Positions 43,879 to 57,832 of a stretch of 64,000 bases of DNA are shown one piece after another. The stretch is from the NCBI GenBank assembly GCA_963707485.1, contig CAVPQS010000080.1, positions 39,475 to 103,474 of the forward strand, in the 5' to 3' direction. Under the pieces are notes generated by a model. The model was not told where the DNA came from and did no database searches. It was given only the letters and a program-made list of their open reading frames with translations. Positions within the stretch are counted from its first letter, which is position 1. Each line of letters opens with the position of its first letter. The stretch comes from an uncultured bacterium (GTDB lineage Bacteria; Zixibacteria; MSB-5A5; CAIYYT01). The translations under genes were made by a program, and so were the position numbers.

Positions 43879-44720
43879 CGGCTATTTGTTTCGGGCTTAG
43901 GTTCTTCAGTTTCAAACTCGGCTGAGGCTTCAGACTTCGGTTCAGCCTTAGCTACGGGTTTGGCTTTCTCTTTCAGAAGTTCGTCGACTCCCTTTTCTAG
44001 AGACACCAGATAATCCGCGATGCTCCACGCCACCTTCTGTCCATTCGTGGTAAGTTCAATGCCGCTGATCAGTTCGGGAGCGGTCTCGAAACGGATGTGG
44101 ATTTCAGCCGAGAAGGTTTCGTTGAGCGCATTTTGTATCGCCGCTCGTTGCTCCTCAGGCAGATCAAACGCGCTGCGTACAAGTGCGGGATCAGATGCTG
44201 TCTTAAAAGCCTCAGCGAGGCCCGCTTTCGATTGAACATCCATTTCCCGCAGCCGGCGAGTGAACACATCGCCCAAGCGTTCTTCCAAACTCGTCGCGGA
44301 AAGATCCATCAGCGCTTTTCGTGCGATGGCAAATACTTCCTGCTGCGTCCGGCGGCTGATTGCTTGATGTATGTTCTGTTCTTCGGTTCTCAACGCTTCC
44401 TGCCGCTTTGAACTCAGAGCCGCGGCGGCTTTCCGCGCTTCGTCGAGGAGCCGTTGGCGTTCGGCTTTTGCCTCGTCCGTTGCTTTGCTCAAAAGCGCGA
44501 CGCGTTGCTGGTCGAACTCCTCATTCTTGTGTCTGAACTCGTCACTCTCCCGTTGGGCTTCGGCCTTTTTCTTATCGGCGTTTGCCAGCTCTGTGGCAAT
44601 CCGCTTCTCCCGTTCATCAATCGCGTGAAGGATAGGTTTGTAAAGGAACCGCTTCATCAACCACACCAGGATGAGAAAATTTAGCGCTTGTGCTGCAACT
44701 GTGAACCAATCGATTAACAT
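43875..44720 (-). CDS. atpF: N-ATPase b subunit with delta-like C-terminal extension
   Basis: [28 protein letters not shown], coiled coil, PELISGIEL. Confidence 0.9.
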   Translation of the reverse strand: MLIDWFTVAAQALNFLILVWLMKRFLYKPILHAIDEREKRIATELANADKKKAEAQRESDEFRHKNEEFDQQRVALLSKATDEAKAERQRLLDEARKAAAALSSKRQEALRTEEQNIHQAISRRTQQEVFAIARKALMDLSATSLEERLGDVFTRRLREMDVQSKAGLAEAFKTASDPALVRSAFDLPEEQRAAIQNALNETFSAEIHIRFETAPELISGIELTTNGQKVAWSIADYLVSLEKGVDELLKEKAKPVAKAEPKSEASAEFETEEPKPETNSR

Positions 44721-44738
44721 AGGTTTACTCTTCTTGGC

Positions 44739-45005
44739 TTAGCGGATGACGTGGTTCCAAAACGGGTTGGCGAAAATGAGAATCATCGAGACCACGAAAC
44801 AGTAGATGGCCGTGGATTCGATCATCGCCAAGCCCACGAACAAAGTTCTGGTGATGGTAGCGGAGGCGTCAGGTTGCTCAGCCAAGGAAGTCAGTGCAGT
44901 CGCGACCGCCTTCCCTTCTGCAAGGGCGGGACCCATGGTGCCGAAGCCGGTGGTAATGCCAGCGGTGACAATCGATGCCACGGCGATAGTAGTCATGCTA
45001 TCCAT
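44739..45005 (-). CDS. atpE: N-ATPase c subunit
   Basis: GPALAEG..QPD..LAMIESTAIY. Confidence 0.95.
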   Translation of the reverse strand: MDSMTTIAVASIVTAGITTGFGTMGPALAEGKAVATALTSLAEQPDASATITRTLFVGLAMIESTAIYCFVVSMILIFANPFWNHVIR

Positions 45006-45029
45006 TGTATCTCCTTGTGTTATTGTAGA

Positions 45030-45731
45030 TCATGCTTCAATGTGTGCTTCGGGTGCGGCTTTGGGCTTGCGGACTCTCGTAGCTGCCGCGATGTAAACCG
45101 CTGCCAAAATGCTGAAGATGTAGGCCTGCACCATGCCAGTGAGCAGACCAAGCATCGTCATAATAATCGGGAAAACAAAAGGCGTAATGGTGAGCAAGAT
45201 ACCGATAATCATCGCGCCGCTCATCATGTTTCCGAATAAACGCACGGCGAGGGCCAGCGTGCGTGAAAGTTCGCCAATAATGTTAAACGGCAGCATGATG
45301 AACGTCGGCTTCACATAGGACTTGAGGTAATTGCCCATCCCTTGCTCCTCGATGCCGAAGAACGGCACGGCCACAAACACGCACAGTGCGAGTGCAGCCG
45401 TGGTCGAGAGCGAGCCGGTCGGCGGCTCGTAGCCGGGAATGACGGTGCAGAGGCTGGCTGCGCCTACGAAGAGGAACAGCGTGCCCAGGAAGCCGAGATA
45501 TTTATGCGGCTGACTCAGGCCCACCTCTTCAATTTGCTTCATGATGCTGGTGACGACAATTTCCAGAAGGTTCTGCCAGCGGGAACGATCCATACCCGTG
45601 GAAAGTTGGCGCGTAATGACTGTTGAACCGAGGGCCAACACGAGCATCAGTCCCCACGTGAACACAATAGTGGCGTTGAGCTTCAGAAAGCCATACTGCC
45701 AGAAGACCATCTCATCGGGAGTAAGATGCAT
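45030..45731 (-). CDS. atpB: N-ATPase a subunit
   Basis: PPTGSLST, ELSRTLALAVRLFGNM, VQAYIFSILAAVY. Confidence 0.93.
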   Translation of the reverse strand: MHLTPDEMVFWQYGFLKLNATIVFTWGLMLVLALGSTVITRQLSTGMDRSRWQNLLEIVVTSIMKQIEEVGLSQPHKYLGFLGTLFLFVGAASLCTVIPGYEPPTGSLSTTAALALCVFVAVPFFGIEEQGMGNYLKSYVKPTFIMLPFNIIGELSRTLALAVRLFGNMMSGAMIIGILLTITPFVFPIIMTMLGLLTGMVQAYIFSILAAVYIAAATRVRKPKAAPEAHIEA

Positions 45732-46032
45732 GGCTGGCCTCCTGTGACGAGTTCGCTGGCTTTTCCGCCAATCGGGTGAAGCGCATCACGATAAGGCGCG
45801 CGATTATAAACCCAAGGAGGCACACCAGCAGCCTCGCCCAATGACCGCGCGCGATAACATAGAAACCTACCAAGGCAACGCTCATTCGCAGCAACAGGCT
45901 GGCGAAGAGCCAAAGTGACGAACGCCTGGACGAAACGACTTTCTGAACTGTCCACCAAAGGCCGCCGAAGAAGATTGCACCGAGCAATGCGCCCGTCACC
46001 AGAGCCAGCATCAAACTCAAAGTTTCATTCAT
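45712..46032 (-). CDS. atpR: N-ATPase AtpR subunit
   Basis: FFGGLWWTV..SLLLR..GFIIAR; position between atpQ and atpB. Confidence 0.8.
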   Translation of the reverse strand: MNETLSLMLALVTGALLGAIFFGGLWWTVQKVVSSRRSSLWLFASLLLRMSVALVGFYVIARGHWARLLVCLLGFIIARLIVMRFTRLAEKPANSSQEASHASYSR

Positions 46033-46355
46033 TAGTATCCTCTTGTTCCTCTCGCATTTCCATGTCTTGCTTACGCACCCAATACCAGGCATTCAAACAG
46101 CCGATGACCAGTCCAATGACCAGCAGCATCAGCGTCCAGGAATAACCTCCTGGATGGCTATTGTCTAGCCAGACACCGAACGCCGCACCGAGCAGTGTTG
46201 GAACCACCACCGACCAGCCGATGAGCCCCATCATGCCCAAACCAAACCAGACGCCGTGCGTGGGGTTGCGCCGCGCCTTGAGCTTTCGTGCCGCCTTCGA
46301 GCCGACCTCCTGACTGAACACATCCCGGTCCTTTGCTCTTCCCATGTCCGATCCT

Positions 46356-46363
<8 letters not shown>
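46025..46363 (-). CDS. atpQ: N-ATPase AtpQ (AtpZ/gene 1) subunit
   Basis: GLGMMGLIGWSVVVPTLLG..GCLNAWYWV. Confidence 0.8.
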
Positions 46364-49656
<3,293 letters not shown>

Positions 49657-49664
<8 letters not shown>

Positions 49665-52047
49665 TGGCGCCCCAAGTCCAATTCCGGATTTCCGGCATGT
49701 CCTGGCCGTGATTGTCGATGTACTGCTTGTGCTCGATCAGCTTGTCGTGGAGCTGCTGCTTCAGGTGAAAGCCCCTGTCGCCGGTCTGCGGCAGGCGGTC
49801 GATGACGTCCATCACGAGGTGGAAGCGGTCCAGATCGTTCAGCACCGTCATGTCGAACGGCGTGGTGATGGTGCCTTCTTCCTTGTAGCCGCGGACGTGG
49901 ATGTTGTCGTGGTTGGTGCGGCGGTAGGTCAGCCGGTGGATCAACCACGGGTAGGCGTGGAAGGCGAATATGACCGGCTTGTCCCTAGTGAACAGCTCGT
50001 CGAAATCCGTGTCGGAGAGCCCATGCGGGTGCTCGGTTTGCGGCTGCAGCTTCATGAGGTCGACAACGTTGACCACCCGGAATTTCAGGTCTGGCAGATG
50101 CTCGCGCATGATGGAGACGGCGGCCAGCGTTTCCAGCGTGGGCACGTCGCCACAGCAGGCCATAACGACATCGGGTTCTTCGCCGGCGTCACTGCCGGCC
50201 CAGTGCCAAATGCCGATACCTTTGGTGCAATGTTTGACGGCGGCGTCCATAGTCAGCCACTGGGGAGCTTGATATTTGCCCGCGACCACGACGTTGACGT
50301 AGTGCTGGCTGCGCAGGCAATGGTCAAAGACGGATAGCAGACAGTTGGCATCTGGCGGCAGATAGATGCGCACGACGGAGGCCTTCTTGTTCACAACGTG
50401 ATCTATGAAACCGGGGCCCTGATGAGTCAGTCCGTTGTGCATCTGTTGCCAGACATGGGAAGCCAGTAGGTAGTTCAGCGACGCGATTTGCCGCCGCCAC
50501 GGCAGCCCCGCTGAGACCTTTAACCACTTAGCGTGTTGGTTGAACATCGAATCCACAATGTGGATGAAAGCTTCATAGCTATTGAACAGCCCGTGCCGGC
50601 CGGTGAGCAGATATCCTTCGAGCCAGCCTTCACACTGGTGTTCGCTCAACATTTCCATGACGCGACCGTCCAGGGCGAGGAATTCGTCGTTGTCCTGCAT
50701 TCGCGCGTCCCACTGCCGATTGGTAACCTCGAATACGGCGCCCAACCGGTCCGAGAGTGTCACGTCGGCACCGAAGATCCGGAAATTGCGCTGCTTCTGG
50801 TTGAGCTTGGCTACGTCGCGCAGGAACTCCCCGAGCACGTGCGTATCGGCAGCCTGAACTGATCCTGGTGATGGCACCTTCACTGCGTAAGTCCTGAAGT
50901 CAGGCATGATGAGGTCGCGCAACAGCAGGCCTCCGTTGGCGTGGGGATTCGCGCCCATTCTTCGCTCGCCCTTCGGCGCGAGATCGGCCAGTTCAGGCAA
51001 GAGACGGCCGCTCTTGTCGAAGAGTTCCTCGGGCTTATAGCTTTTCATCCAGTTCTCAAGCAGCTTGAGATGATCTGGATGCTCAGAATCCACCTGCAGG
51101 GGAATTTGGTGTGCTCGAAAGGTGCCCTCGATTTGCACACCATCGACGACTTTCGGCCCGGTCCAGCCCTTGGGTGATTTAAGGACGATCATGGGCCAGC
51201 GAGGGCGCATCGTGTTGCCGTTGTCGCGGGCTTCGTGCTGGATGCGCTTAATGTCTTCCACCACCGCGTTGAGCGTCGCGGCCATGGCCTCGTGCATCAG
51301 CTCCGGCTCATGCCCCTCGACATAGTACGGCGTCCAGCCGTTGCCGCGCAGCAACTGGTCCAGCTCTTCCGGCTCGATGCGCGCCAGGACGGTCGGATTG
51401 CCAATCTTGTAGCCGTTGAGATGCAGGATCGGCAGCACCGCGCCATCGGTTATCGGATTAAGAAATTTGTTGGTGTGCCATGCTGTAGCCAGCGGACCAG
51501 TTTCCGCCTCGCCGTCACCGATAACGCATGCGACAATCAGTTCCGGGTTGTCGAACACCGCCCCGAAGGCATGGCTGAGCGAGTACCCCAGTTCGCCCCC
51601 CTCGTGAATAGACCCCGGGCACTCCGGTGAAACATGGCTGGGAATCCCACCGGGGAAAGAGAACTGCTTGAAAAGCTTGCGGAGACCGGCTTCATCCTGG
51701 CTGATGTTGAGATAGATCTCGCTGTAGGTACCCTCAAGATAGGTGTTGCCTACCACAGCGGGGCCGCCATGCCCGGGGCCGGAGACGTAGATCATGTCGA
51801 GATCGTACTCTTTAATAACCCTGTTCAAGTGTACATAAATAAAGTTCTGTCCCGGCGTCGTGCCCCAATGCCCGAGCAGCATCAACTTCACGTGCGACAG
51901 CTTCAGCGGCTCCCGAAGCAAAGGATTGTCGCAAAGATAGAGCTGTCCGACCGACAGATAGTTGGCAGCGCGCCAGTAGGCATCCATCTTGTGGAGCAGT
52001 TCCGGGGAGAGGGTATATGTCTTCATGGCTAAATTCCTTTTGTTCAT
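49657..52047 (-). CDS. xfp: Phosphoketolase (XFP)
   Basis: [48 protein letters not shown]; some conserved motifs altered. Confidence 0.92.
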
Positions 52048-52958
52048 GCCGCAACGATAGCATCTGCTCGCAAGGAATGTTCATCAGCTTGCACGGCGCA
52101 CAGACAGGCGCCAAATATGACAATGCACCCGAATAGATAAATGCACAGCAGGAATGCTGTGAACCCGCCGAACACCCCATAGACCGCGTTTGATGTGGCA
52201 AAGTTCTTGAGGTAGATCAGAAATAGACTTTCGGTCACCTGTAAGAGAACTGTGGCACACAGGGCGGCAACCCACACCTGAGCAAATTGCTTGGACCCGC
52301 TCGGAGCCAGCCTATAAAACAAACTCAGGCTGAAAAATACTAGTACCAAGGGAACGATAAAACTTCCGAGTCCATAGACCCAGGAATGGATATTGATCGC
52401 GGGAAGGAGCCATCCTCTCGCGAAATGCATTAGCATCAGCACAGCCATGCCCACAAGGACCGCACTCGCCGTGATGCCGATCTGTACCGCACTCTTCAGC
52501 GGTAGTCGCCACCATTTGGACACTTGTGTCTCCCAGGCACGATTGGTCGCACTTATGAGGCTGGTGAACGATTGTATGCCGACCCAGATCAGGATCAAAA
52601 ACGCGACCGCACCTGCCTGCCCACGACTCTTGACCACACCGTCGATGGTGTTAAGAATGTGGCTCTGCATTTCACCACTAACCGGAACATAGGTTTCCAT
52701 ATGGGCAATGATCTCTTTCGTTGCCCGGTCTCGGTCAACAAAGGCTGAAGCAATGCTGACGGAAAGCACAACCAATGGAAATAGCGAGAAGAACGCATTG
52801 AAGGCAAACGCGCCCGCCCGCTGTTCCCCGTCAATCCGAAGAAACCTCTCGACGGCCAGACAAAGTATCGTCCAGATGCGATGAGCCTCTCGGCTAAGTC
52901 TGCTTGGCCTGCCCGGGGGCGGTGAGGGCTGCGAGCGTATCGTGCTGGCGGCCATCAT
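52044..52958 (-). CDS. YihY/BrkB-family membrane protein
   Basis: [29 protein letters not shown]; start uncertain. Confidence 0.8.
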   Translation of the reverse strand: MMAASTIRSQPSPPPGRPSRLSREAHRIWTILCLAVERFLRIDGEQRAGAFAFNAFFSLFPLVVLSVSIASAFVDRDRATKEIIAHMETYVPVSGEMQSHILNTIDGVVKSRGQAGAVAFLILIWVGIQSFTSLISATNRAWETQVSKWWRLPLKSAVQIGITASAVLVGMAVLMLMHFARGWLLPAINIHSWVYGLGSFIVPLVLVFFSLSLFYRLAPSGSKQFAQVWVAALCATVLLQVTESLFLIYLKNFATSNAVYGVFGGFTAFLLCIYLFGCIVIFGACLCAVQADEHSLRADAIVAA

Positions 52959-52986
52959 CGCCCCCCGGCCATTTGAGGCGTTTGCG

Positions 52987-53757
52987 TCAACGGAAATGCT
53001 CCTTGGAGGTCGGTTCATCGACCCAGTATCCCAGGAGGTCATAATGTCGATGTAGTCCGGTCTCGTAATCCCGAGTCAGTAGAGACTCCTCCGTGTATTC
53101 CGGTGACTGTCGGATGGTTTTGCGAGAAAGATCGACGAGGACTTTCGACTCGTTCCAACTAACACGCTTGATCCATCGAGGCGAAACCAGGATCTTTTTC
53201 CCTGGCCACCAATTCTCTGTATCGACGATGAGATATCGAATTGCCCACGTCTCGTCATCGATAATGAAATCCTCAACGTGACCAATTTCACCGTCATCAG
53301 CCTGGATGTGATTGCCACTGACAGCGTTAGTGCTTCGCAAATGGGGATCCCAAGCTCTCTCAGTTTGATTGGAGCCTGGCCATTTTGCAGGGTCGCGCAA
53401 GAGATAGGGATTTGATCCCCACATAAGCGGGCCGCCCCAGTAAGTCGGCCAACCATAATACCCATAGTATGCTTCTTCGAATTGTCGCGACACGGGCTTG
53501 TCACTGTCTAAAGATGGGCTGTCCTCAACCTGCTTTTTGGTCAAATCAATGACGATGTGTTGCTCGTTTTCAATGATGGCACCCAGCGCATATGGGGAGA
53601 TCAAAACCTGCCTTCCGGTGAGCCAGCTTCCCGTGTCGGCTATTAGATAGCGAATCGCCCAGTGCTGGTCATCGAAGTAGAACTCTTTGACCTTTCCTAT
53701 TTCCCCATCGAGGCTGTCAAGTCTGTACCCCTTCAGTGTTTTGGCCTTGCATAGCAT
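52987..53757 (-). CDS. Tandem PRC-barrel domain protein
   Basis: Two copies of DGEIG.V..F..DD..WAIRYLI.DT..W..G...L.SP; AAGGA RBS. Confidence 0.85.
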   Translation of the reverse strand: MLCKAKTLKGYRLDSLDGEIGKVKEFYFDDQHWAIRYLIADTGSWLTGRQVLISPYALGAIIENEQHIVIDLTKKQVEDSPSLDSDKPVSRQFEEAYYGYYGWPTYWGGPLMWGSNPYLLRDPAKWPGSNQTERAWDPHLRSTNAVSGNHIQADDGEIGHVEDFIIDDETWAIRYLIVDTENWWPGKKILVSPRWIKRVSWNESKVLVDLSRKTIRQSPEYTEESLLTRDYETGLHRHYDLLGYWVDEPTSKEHFR

Positions 53758-53792
53758 AGAATTCCTTTCGTCTATTTGTTCTTTGTCTTTGT

Positions 53793-54227
53793 TCACCGTT
53801 GTCGCCCGACTGACAGTGCGTTCGAACAATCGGTTTCACCTCGATTTACATGGGTGCAAACACTCCAATGTCGCTGACGAGAGTAGCTTTGGTCATGTCT
53901 CTTCGACTCTGCTTCCAACAGCTCCGGCAATTCATTGAAACGCGAGTTCCCAGCGTTGTCCGCAAGCTCTCGCGTGACCCGCATCTCCCGCGAATGATGG
54001 CGTTCGTTGACGAATCCGGATTTCTTTGCGTAGATGACAAACGCAAGAAACAGCGCTGTGAAAAGGGTCAACAATCCTAGTATGACAGCCCCCAGAGGCG
54101 CTTGGACGGTGGCAACTCCTAAGGAAAGAGTTGCCGGTATCATTATTGCGATCCAATTGAGGGCGATGAAAGCGACCATGACGAAAAGCGCATTTGTCAG
54201 CGTAATTGTGCGACTTTTCATGCTCAT
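53793..54227 (-). CDS. Hypothetical protein with two TM helices
   Basis: AGGAGA RBS; two hydrophobic segments. Confidence 0.45.
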   Translation of the reverse strand: MSMKSRTITLTNALFVMVAFIALNWIAIMIPATLSLGVATVQAPLGAVILGLLTLFTALFLAFVIYAKKSGFVNERHHSREMRVTRELADNAGNSRFNELPELLEAESKRHDQSYSRQRHWSVCTHVNRGETDCSNALSVGRQR

Positions 54228-54503
54228 TCTCCTGGAAACATTATGTGTCTGACCCATAGTAAAGATAACTGCATTGATTGGACTGACAATCGGCCAAAGG
54301 ATTGAAAAGAGATATAGTCCATCGGAGTGAGAGGCTATCGCGGCTTTTTTGGTTGCGCACTGAAGCATTGTTGTTTAGGCCGTTGGGTCGGTGAGAAAAT
54401 GGTCCGTTGCAAAATACTTCTACCTGTATCGGTTCAGCAACAATTGGACACATTAGGGTGTTGAGCTAAGACACGGATTGTGTGATCTTAGCGGAGAGAT
54501 TCC

Positions 54504-54531
54504 CCGGCTCGCTGGGGGGAGAGCGAGCCGG
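54504..54531. other. GC-rich hairpin near the island end
   Basis: CCGGCTCGCT-GGGGGGAG-AGCGAGCCGG, 10-bp perfect stem, no U tract. Confidence 0.5.
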
Positions 54532-54844
54532 CTCCAAGACCTTAACAATTTACCCAAACCTTATCTTAACTCAAGCACCCCTTGTGTCCAGATTTAGCTG
54601 ACGGCGAACAGGCACGATTGCTGCAAAAAGTGAGTCCCGACTTCATCTTGCGTGAAAGTGGTTGTCTAAGTATGGAGTAGATCAACCCTTGTTTGGTGGA
54701 GAGTTTGTGTGACAAAAACGTGACCAGAATGGTCGCACGATATTTTATGTTATTGCATGATATGCGGGGCGGACGGGGGTTTGGGGAATTCGTCCGGCCA
54801 CTGCAGTCGTTGTACTTGATTGAATGACATAGCCTTACAAGAAT

Positions 54845-55203
54845 TGGAGGTGGGGGGAATCGAACCCCCGTCCGAAATAACCAGCAACTAACCGTCTACG
54901 CGCGTGTCCTTTGCATTTATTCTCGCTGATCAGATCGCCGCAAGGCTAAAGCTACCAATCAGCCAGTCTTGCTATTTATTTCGCCCCGCAACCGCCAGAC
55001 CGAGCTACAAGGCTATCCATCATTTATCGACGCCTTGCACAACGCCTAATGGCGGGCTTCGTGCAACGCGGCATGCTTAGTTTAGTTAAGCAGCAATGGC
55101 GTAGTTGTTGCCATTCAATTGGTTTACGCCTGTTTAACGAGACCGGCGCAATCTCGGCGCGCAAGTTAATCCACGTTCATCCCGTCGAAACCAAGTCACC
55201 CCC
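54845..55203 (-). ncRNA. ssrA: tmRNA (359 nt), predicted tag (A)GNNYAIAA
   Basis: 5' GGGGGTGACTTGGTTTCGACGGG; 3' GACGGGGGTTCGATTCCCCCCACCTCCA; G3:U70-type alanine acceptor; tag frame GGC AAC AAC TAC GCC ATT GCT GCT TAA; CCA not encoded. Confidence 0.97.
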
Positions 55204-55223
55204 AAAGGACTAACAAGTCTTTC

Positions 55224-55252
55224 ATTATATATATCGGATATCTCGGCGTCAA
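55224..55252 (-). promoter_or_regulatory. Sigma70 promoter of ssrA
   Basis: TTGACG-17 nt-TATAAT, 20 nt upstream of the mature 5' end. Confidence 0.8.
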
Positions 55253-55344
55253 GTTCCGTTAATATTGATTGGCTCCCTGTAACAAGCTGTACTGACCGTC
55301 GACAATTTTGATTTGTCTACGCAGGCATTATTGTCTATCTTAGA

Positions 55345-55908
55345 ATGAGTGACGGCTTTCAAGGAGGGTCTTTGGGCAGCTTGACAGTTTTCGCAGTTAT
55401 AGCACTGCTTGGTTATGGTAGTATCTTTGCAGGTGACACAAAGACATTCGGCGGCGAGAAAGTCGACGAAGATTCAGTCGCCGTCTTGAAACTGTATGCA
55501 GAGATTGGTCGGATCGACAAACCAAGCACGATATTCGTTTTTGCCACGAAGATCGACAGTATGCGTATCTATGACGCGACATTTTCCGGCGAAGACCCGT
55601 CGGGCGCTTATCTCACGACGCACGAAAAATTCCTAAATGACCTGTTAACAGACTTTGTAACTGCTCAACGAGTCAACACGGCAAAACTTGATTGCCGGAG
55701 CCATTCCATCACTGTGCAGTGTGTCCAGCGTTACAACCGCAAGCAAAATGGCGAATTTGGATCGTCTGGGCCAACCCAACTCGTCTTCACTCCTGAACCC
55801 GGCCGTAAGTATGAGCCGCGCGCTACTTGTGAAGGTCTCGAATGGAGGATCTGGATCGCTGACCAAAAAACAAAGCAGATTGTCAGCCTCACTCCGGAGT
55901 CGAAATAG
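55345..55908 (+). CDS. Hypothetical exported protein
   Basis: Signal-like N-terminus; probable TTG start at 55372 after AGGAGG; no recognised family. Confidence 0.55.
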   Translation: MSDGFQGGSLGSLTVFAVIALLGYGSIFAGDTKTFGGEKVDEDSVAVLKLYAEIGRIDKPSTIFVFATKIDSMRIYDATFSGEDPSGAYLTTHEKFLNDLLTDFVTAQRVNTAKLDCRSHSITVQCVQRYNRKQNGEFGSSGPTQLVFTPEPGRKYEPRATCEGLEWRIWIADQKTKQIVSLTPESK

Positions 55909-55934
55909 CTCAAAGCTTCCAAGCGCAGAAAATA

Positions 55935-57170
55935 TCAGACATAGAGTATCTTCTCCCCGACTCCGCTCCGAAGTGCCAGCATCAAGGTCAAATACTCCCT
56001 CAAATGTCTCGTCAAAAGAAAACTCTCGCGCACGTTAGTCTGAGCAATCTTGCCCATCTCGGCAAGGCGCTGGCGATAGCGCAACAAATAGCGAATACGA
56101 TGAGCGGCGCCTTCGGGTGTGTTCACCAAAAACCCAGTATAGAAATTGACAACCTGCAATCTGATACCTCCGGTATCGCCGCCGATCACGGGTTTGCGTT
56201 TCCACATAGCCTCGGTAACAGTAAGCCCAAATCCTTCTCTGGTCGACTTCTGAATCACAATATCGGCGAGCCGCTGAAGCGCATTGATCGTGCGGTTGGC
56301 ATCGGGCGGCAGCAAGAGTATATGAATATCCGGATCGCCTTCGGCAGCAGAGAGAACGTCATCAAGGACTGCCTGCCCCTCCGGATCATCAGTTGCACTG
56401 CCGCCTGCAAGAACAAGTTGGACCGGCAAAACTCGTTTTACCAACCGATATGCTTGAATAACTCCGACCGGGTCCTTAAAACGGTCAAATCGAGAAATCT
56501 GCACGAGTAATGGTCGCGATGGATCAAGTCCGTACTCTGCCTGAACAGCTTCCATTTCGCCGGCAGTGAGATCACGATTTTTCTCGCTGAGTGGATCAAT
56601 ACTCGGCGCCACGATCACCTGTGGATGCGGCAACGGCTGGGCGAATTCGGCCATTGAAAAGATGCTGGCATCGTACTTTTCGACGAAAGTGCGGAGATAA
56701 CGCCACACCGGCCGATATGGATGGCTAATGTCAATATGGGCGCGCCAAATCCATTTGCCGCGGCGATTAGGCATCATTCCCAATAAAGCGGCGGGCTGCG
56801 GATCGTGAATAATAACGAAGTCTGAATCTTCGAGTATTGGCCGAAGCCGCTCGACATTGGCAGCGTTCGTTTCCCGGTAGTGATCCCAATCCTTGCGCGT
56901 CAAATTGACCGGCTGGCCCTGGAGTCCGTTGTGGATAGACTTGGTGATCTCAAAAAAACGTTGATTGCCGCTAATGACATCCCAACGCGCATCGAGGCCG
57001 ACCTCGCACATCGGCGGAACCAGCCATTCGAGAATCTCGGCGACACCTCCACCCAAACGCGTGGAGTTGATATGAACTATTCGGGCGCCTTTGAGTCGAT
57101 TGCCAAGTTGGCGCAACTGCTTGATCGTAGCCGAGCCAACGATGCTTTCATATGCCTGCAGGCTTCTCAT
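55935..57170 (-). CDS. treT: TreT-like trehalose synthase (GT4 glycosyltransferase)
   Basis: HINSTRLGGGVAEIL, IHDPQP, WRAHID, SRFDRFKDP, DDPEG, EGFGLTVTEAMWK. Confidence 0.88.
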   Translation of the reverse strand: MRSLQAYESIVGSATIKQLRQLGNRLKGARIVHINSTRLGGGVAEILEWLVPPMCEVGLDARWDVISGNQRFFEITKSIHNGLQGQPVNLTRKDWDHYRETNAANVERLRPILEDSDFVIIHDPQPAALLGMMPNRRGKWIWRAHIDISHPYRPVWRYLRTFVEKYDASIFSMAEFAQPLPHPQVIVAPSIDPLSEKNRDLTAGEMEAVQAEYGLDPSRPLLVQISRFDRFKDPVGVIQAYRLVKRVLPVQLVLAGGSATDDPEGQAVLDDVLSAAEGDPDIHILLLPPDANRTINALQRLADIVIQKSTREGFGLTVTEAMWKRKPVIGGDTGGIRLQVVNFYTGFLVNTPEGAAHRIRYLLRYRQRLAEMGKIAQTNVRESFLLTRHLREYLTLMLALRSGVGEKILYV

Positions 57171-57832
57171 AATCGCCCTCCGCCAATGGTTGCCAAGACA
57201 CGGACAATTTCGGAACGAATTTCAGACAGGGTGCGAAAGTAAAAATCTATTTCGCGCAACGAGTGAATTATGTCGTCATACTCAGGGCTTAATTCGCTTA
57301 ACCACGCACTAAAATCGTCTATCTGGACGGGCGGTCGGCGACGGGCCTCAAGAAAGTGGAAATATATACTGCCCCCTGTCATCCGTTCGACCGCCGACAC
57401 CAATTCGTTTGGTGAGTTGACAGTTTGTCCGGTATCGAATACAACAGTCGTCGCCTGGCTGAGAAACATTTCCGAACCGGGACGCGACGTCGGTACCCAT
57501 GGCTGGAGTTCGCCGAGGCGATCCTCGAAGATTTCACAAACGTACATTCGCAAGTGTTCGAGTGACTCAAACTCGTTGGGGTCGATGATTGCCAGACGCT
57601 CGGCAAGAACGCGGTCGCCCAAAGCCGTTTTTGCCCAAACGGCAAAGTCATTGCGATAGTCAGGGTCGTCGAATCGCGGCCGCAACCAAGTCTCACTGAA
57701 ATGATGGTAAAGCACATCTTCGCTGCAAATCGTGACGCGATCCCGAAGTTCACGCAGGTTGTAGGCCGGCGGCAGCCCGCTCATTCGCGTCAGCAGCGTA
57801 CAATCCATTACTGTAAAGGGAGCCACAATCAA
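57167..57832 (-). CDS. DUF5752-family protein
   Basis: Duplicated LYHHF..NDFAVW and IYFHF..DDFSAW halves; directly upstream of treT. Confidence 0.75.
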   Translation of the reverse strand: MIVAPFTVMDCTLLTRMSGLPPAYNLRELRDRVTICSEDVLYHHFSETWLRPRFDDPDYRNDFAVWAKTALGDRVLAERLAIIDPNEFESLEHLRMYVCEIFEDRLGELQPWVPTSRPGSEMFLSQATTVVFDTGQTVNSPNELVSAVERMTGGSIYFHFLEARRRPPVQIDDFSAWLSELSPEYDDIIHSLREIDFYFRTLSEIRSEIVRVLATIGGGRL

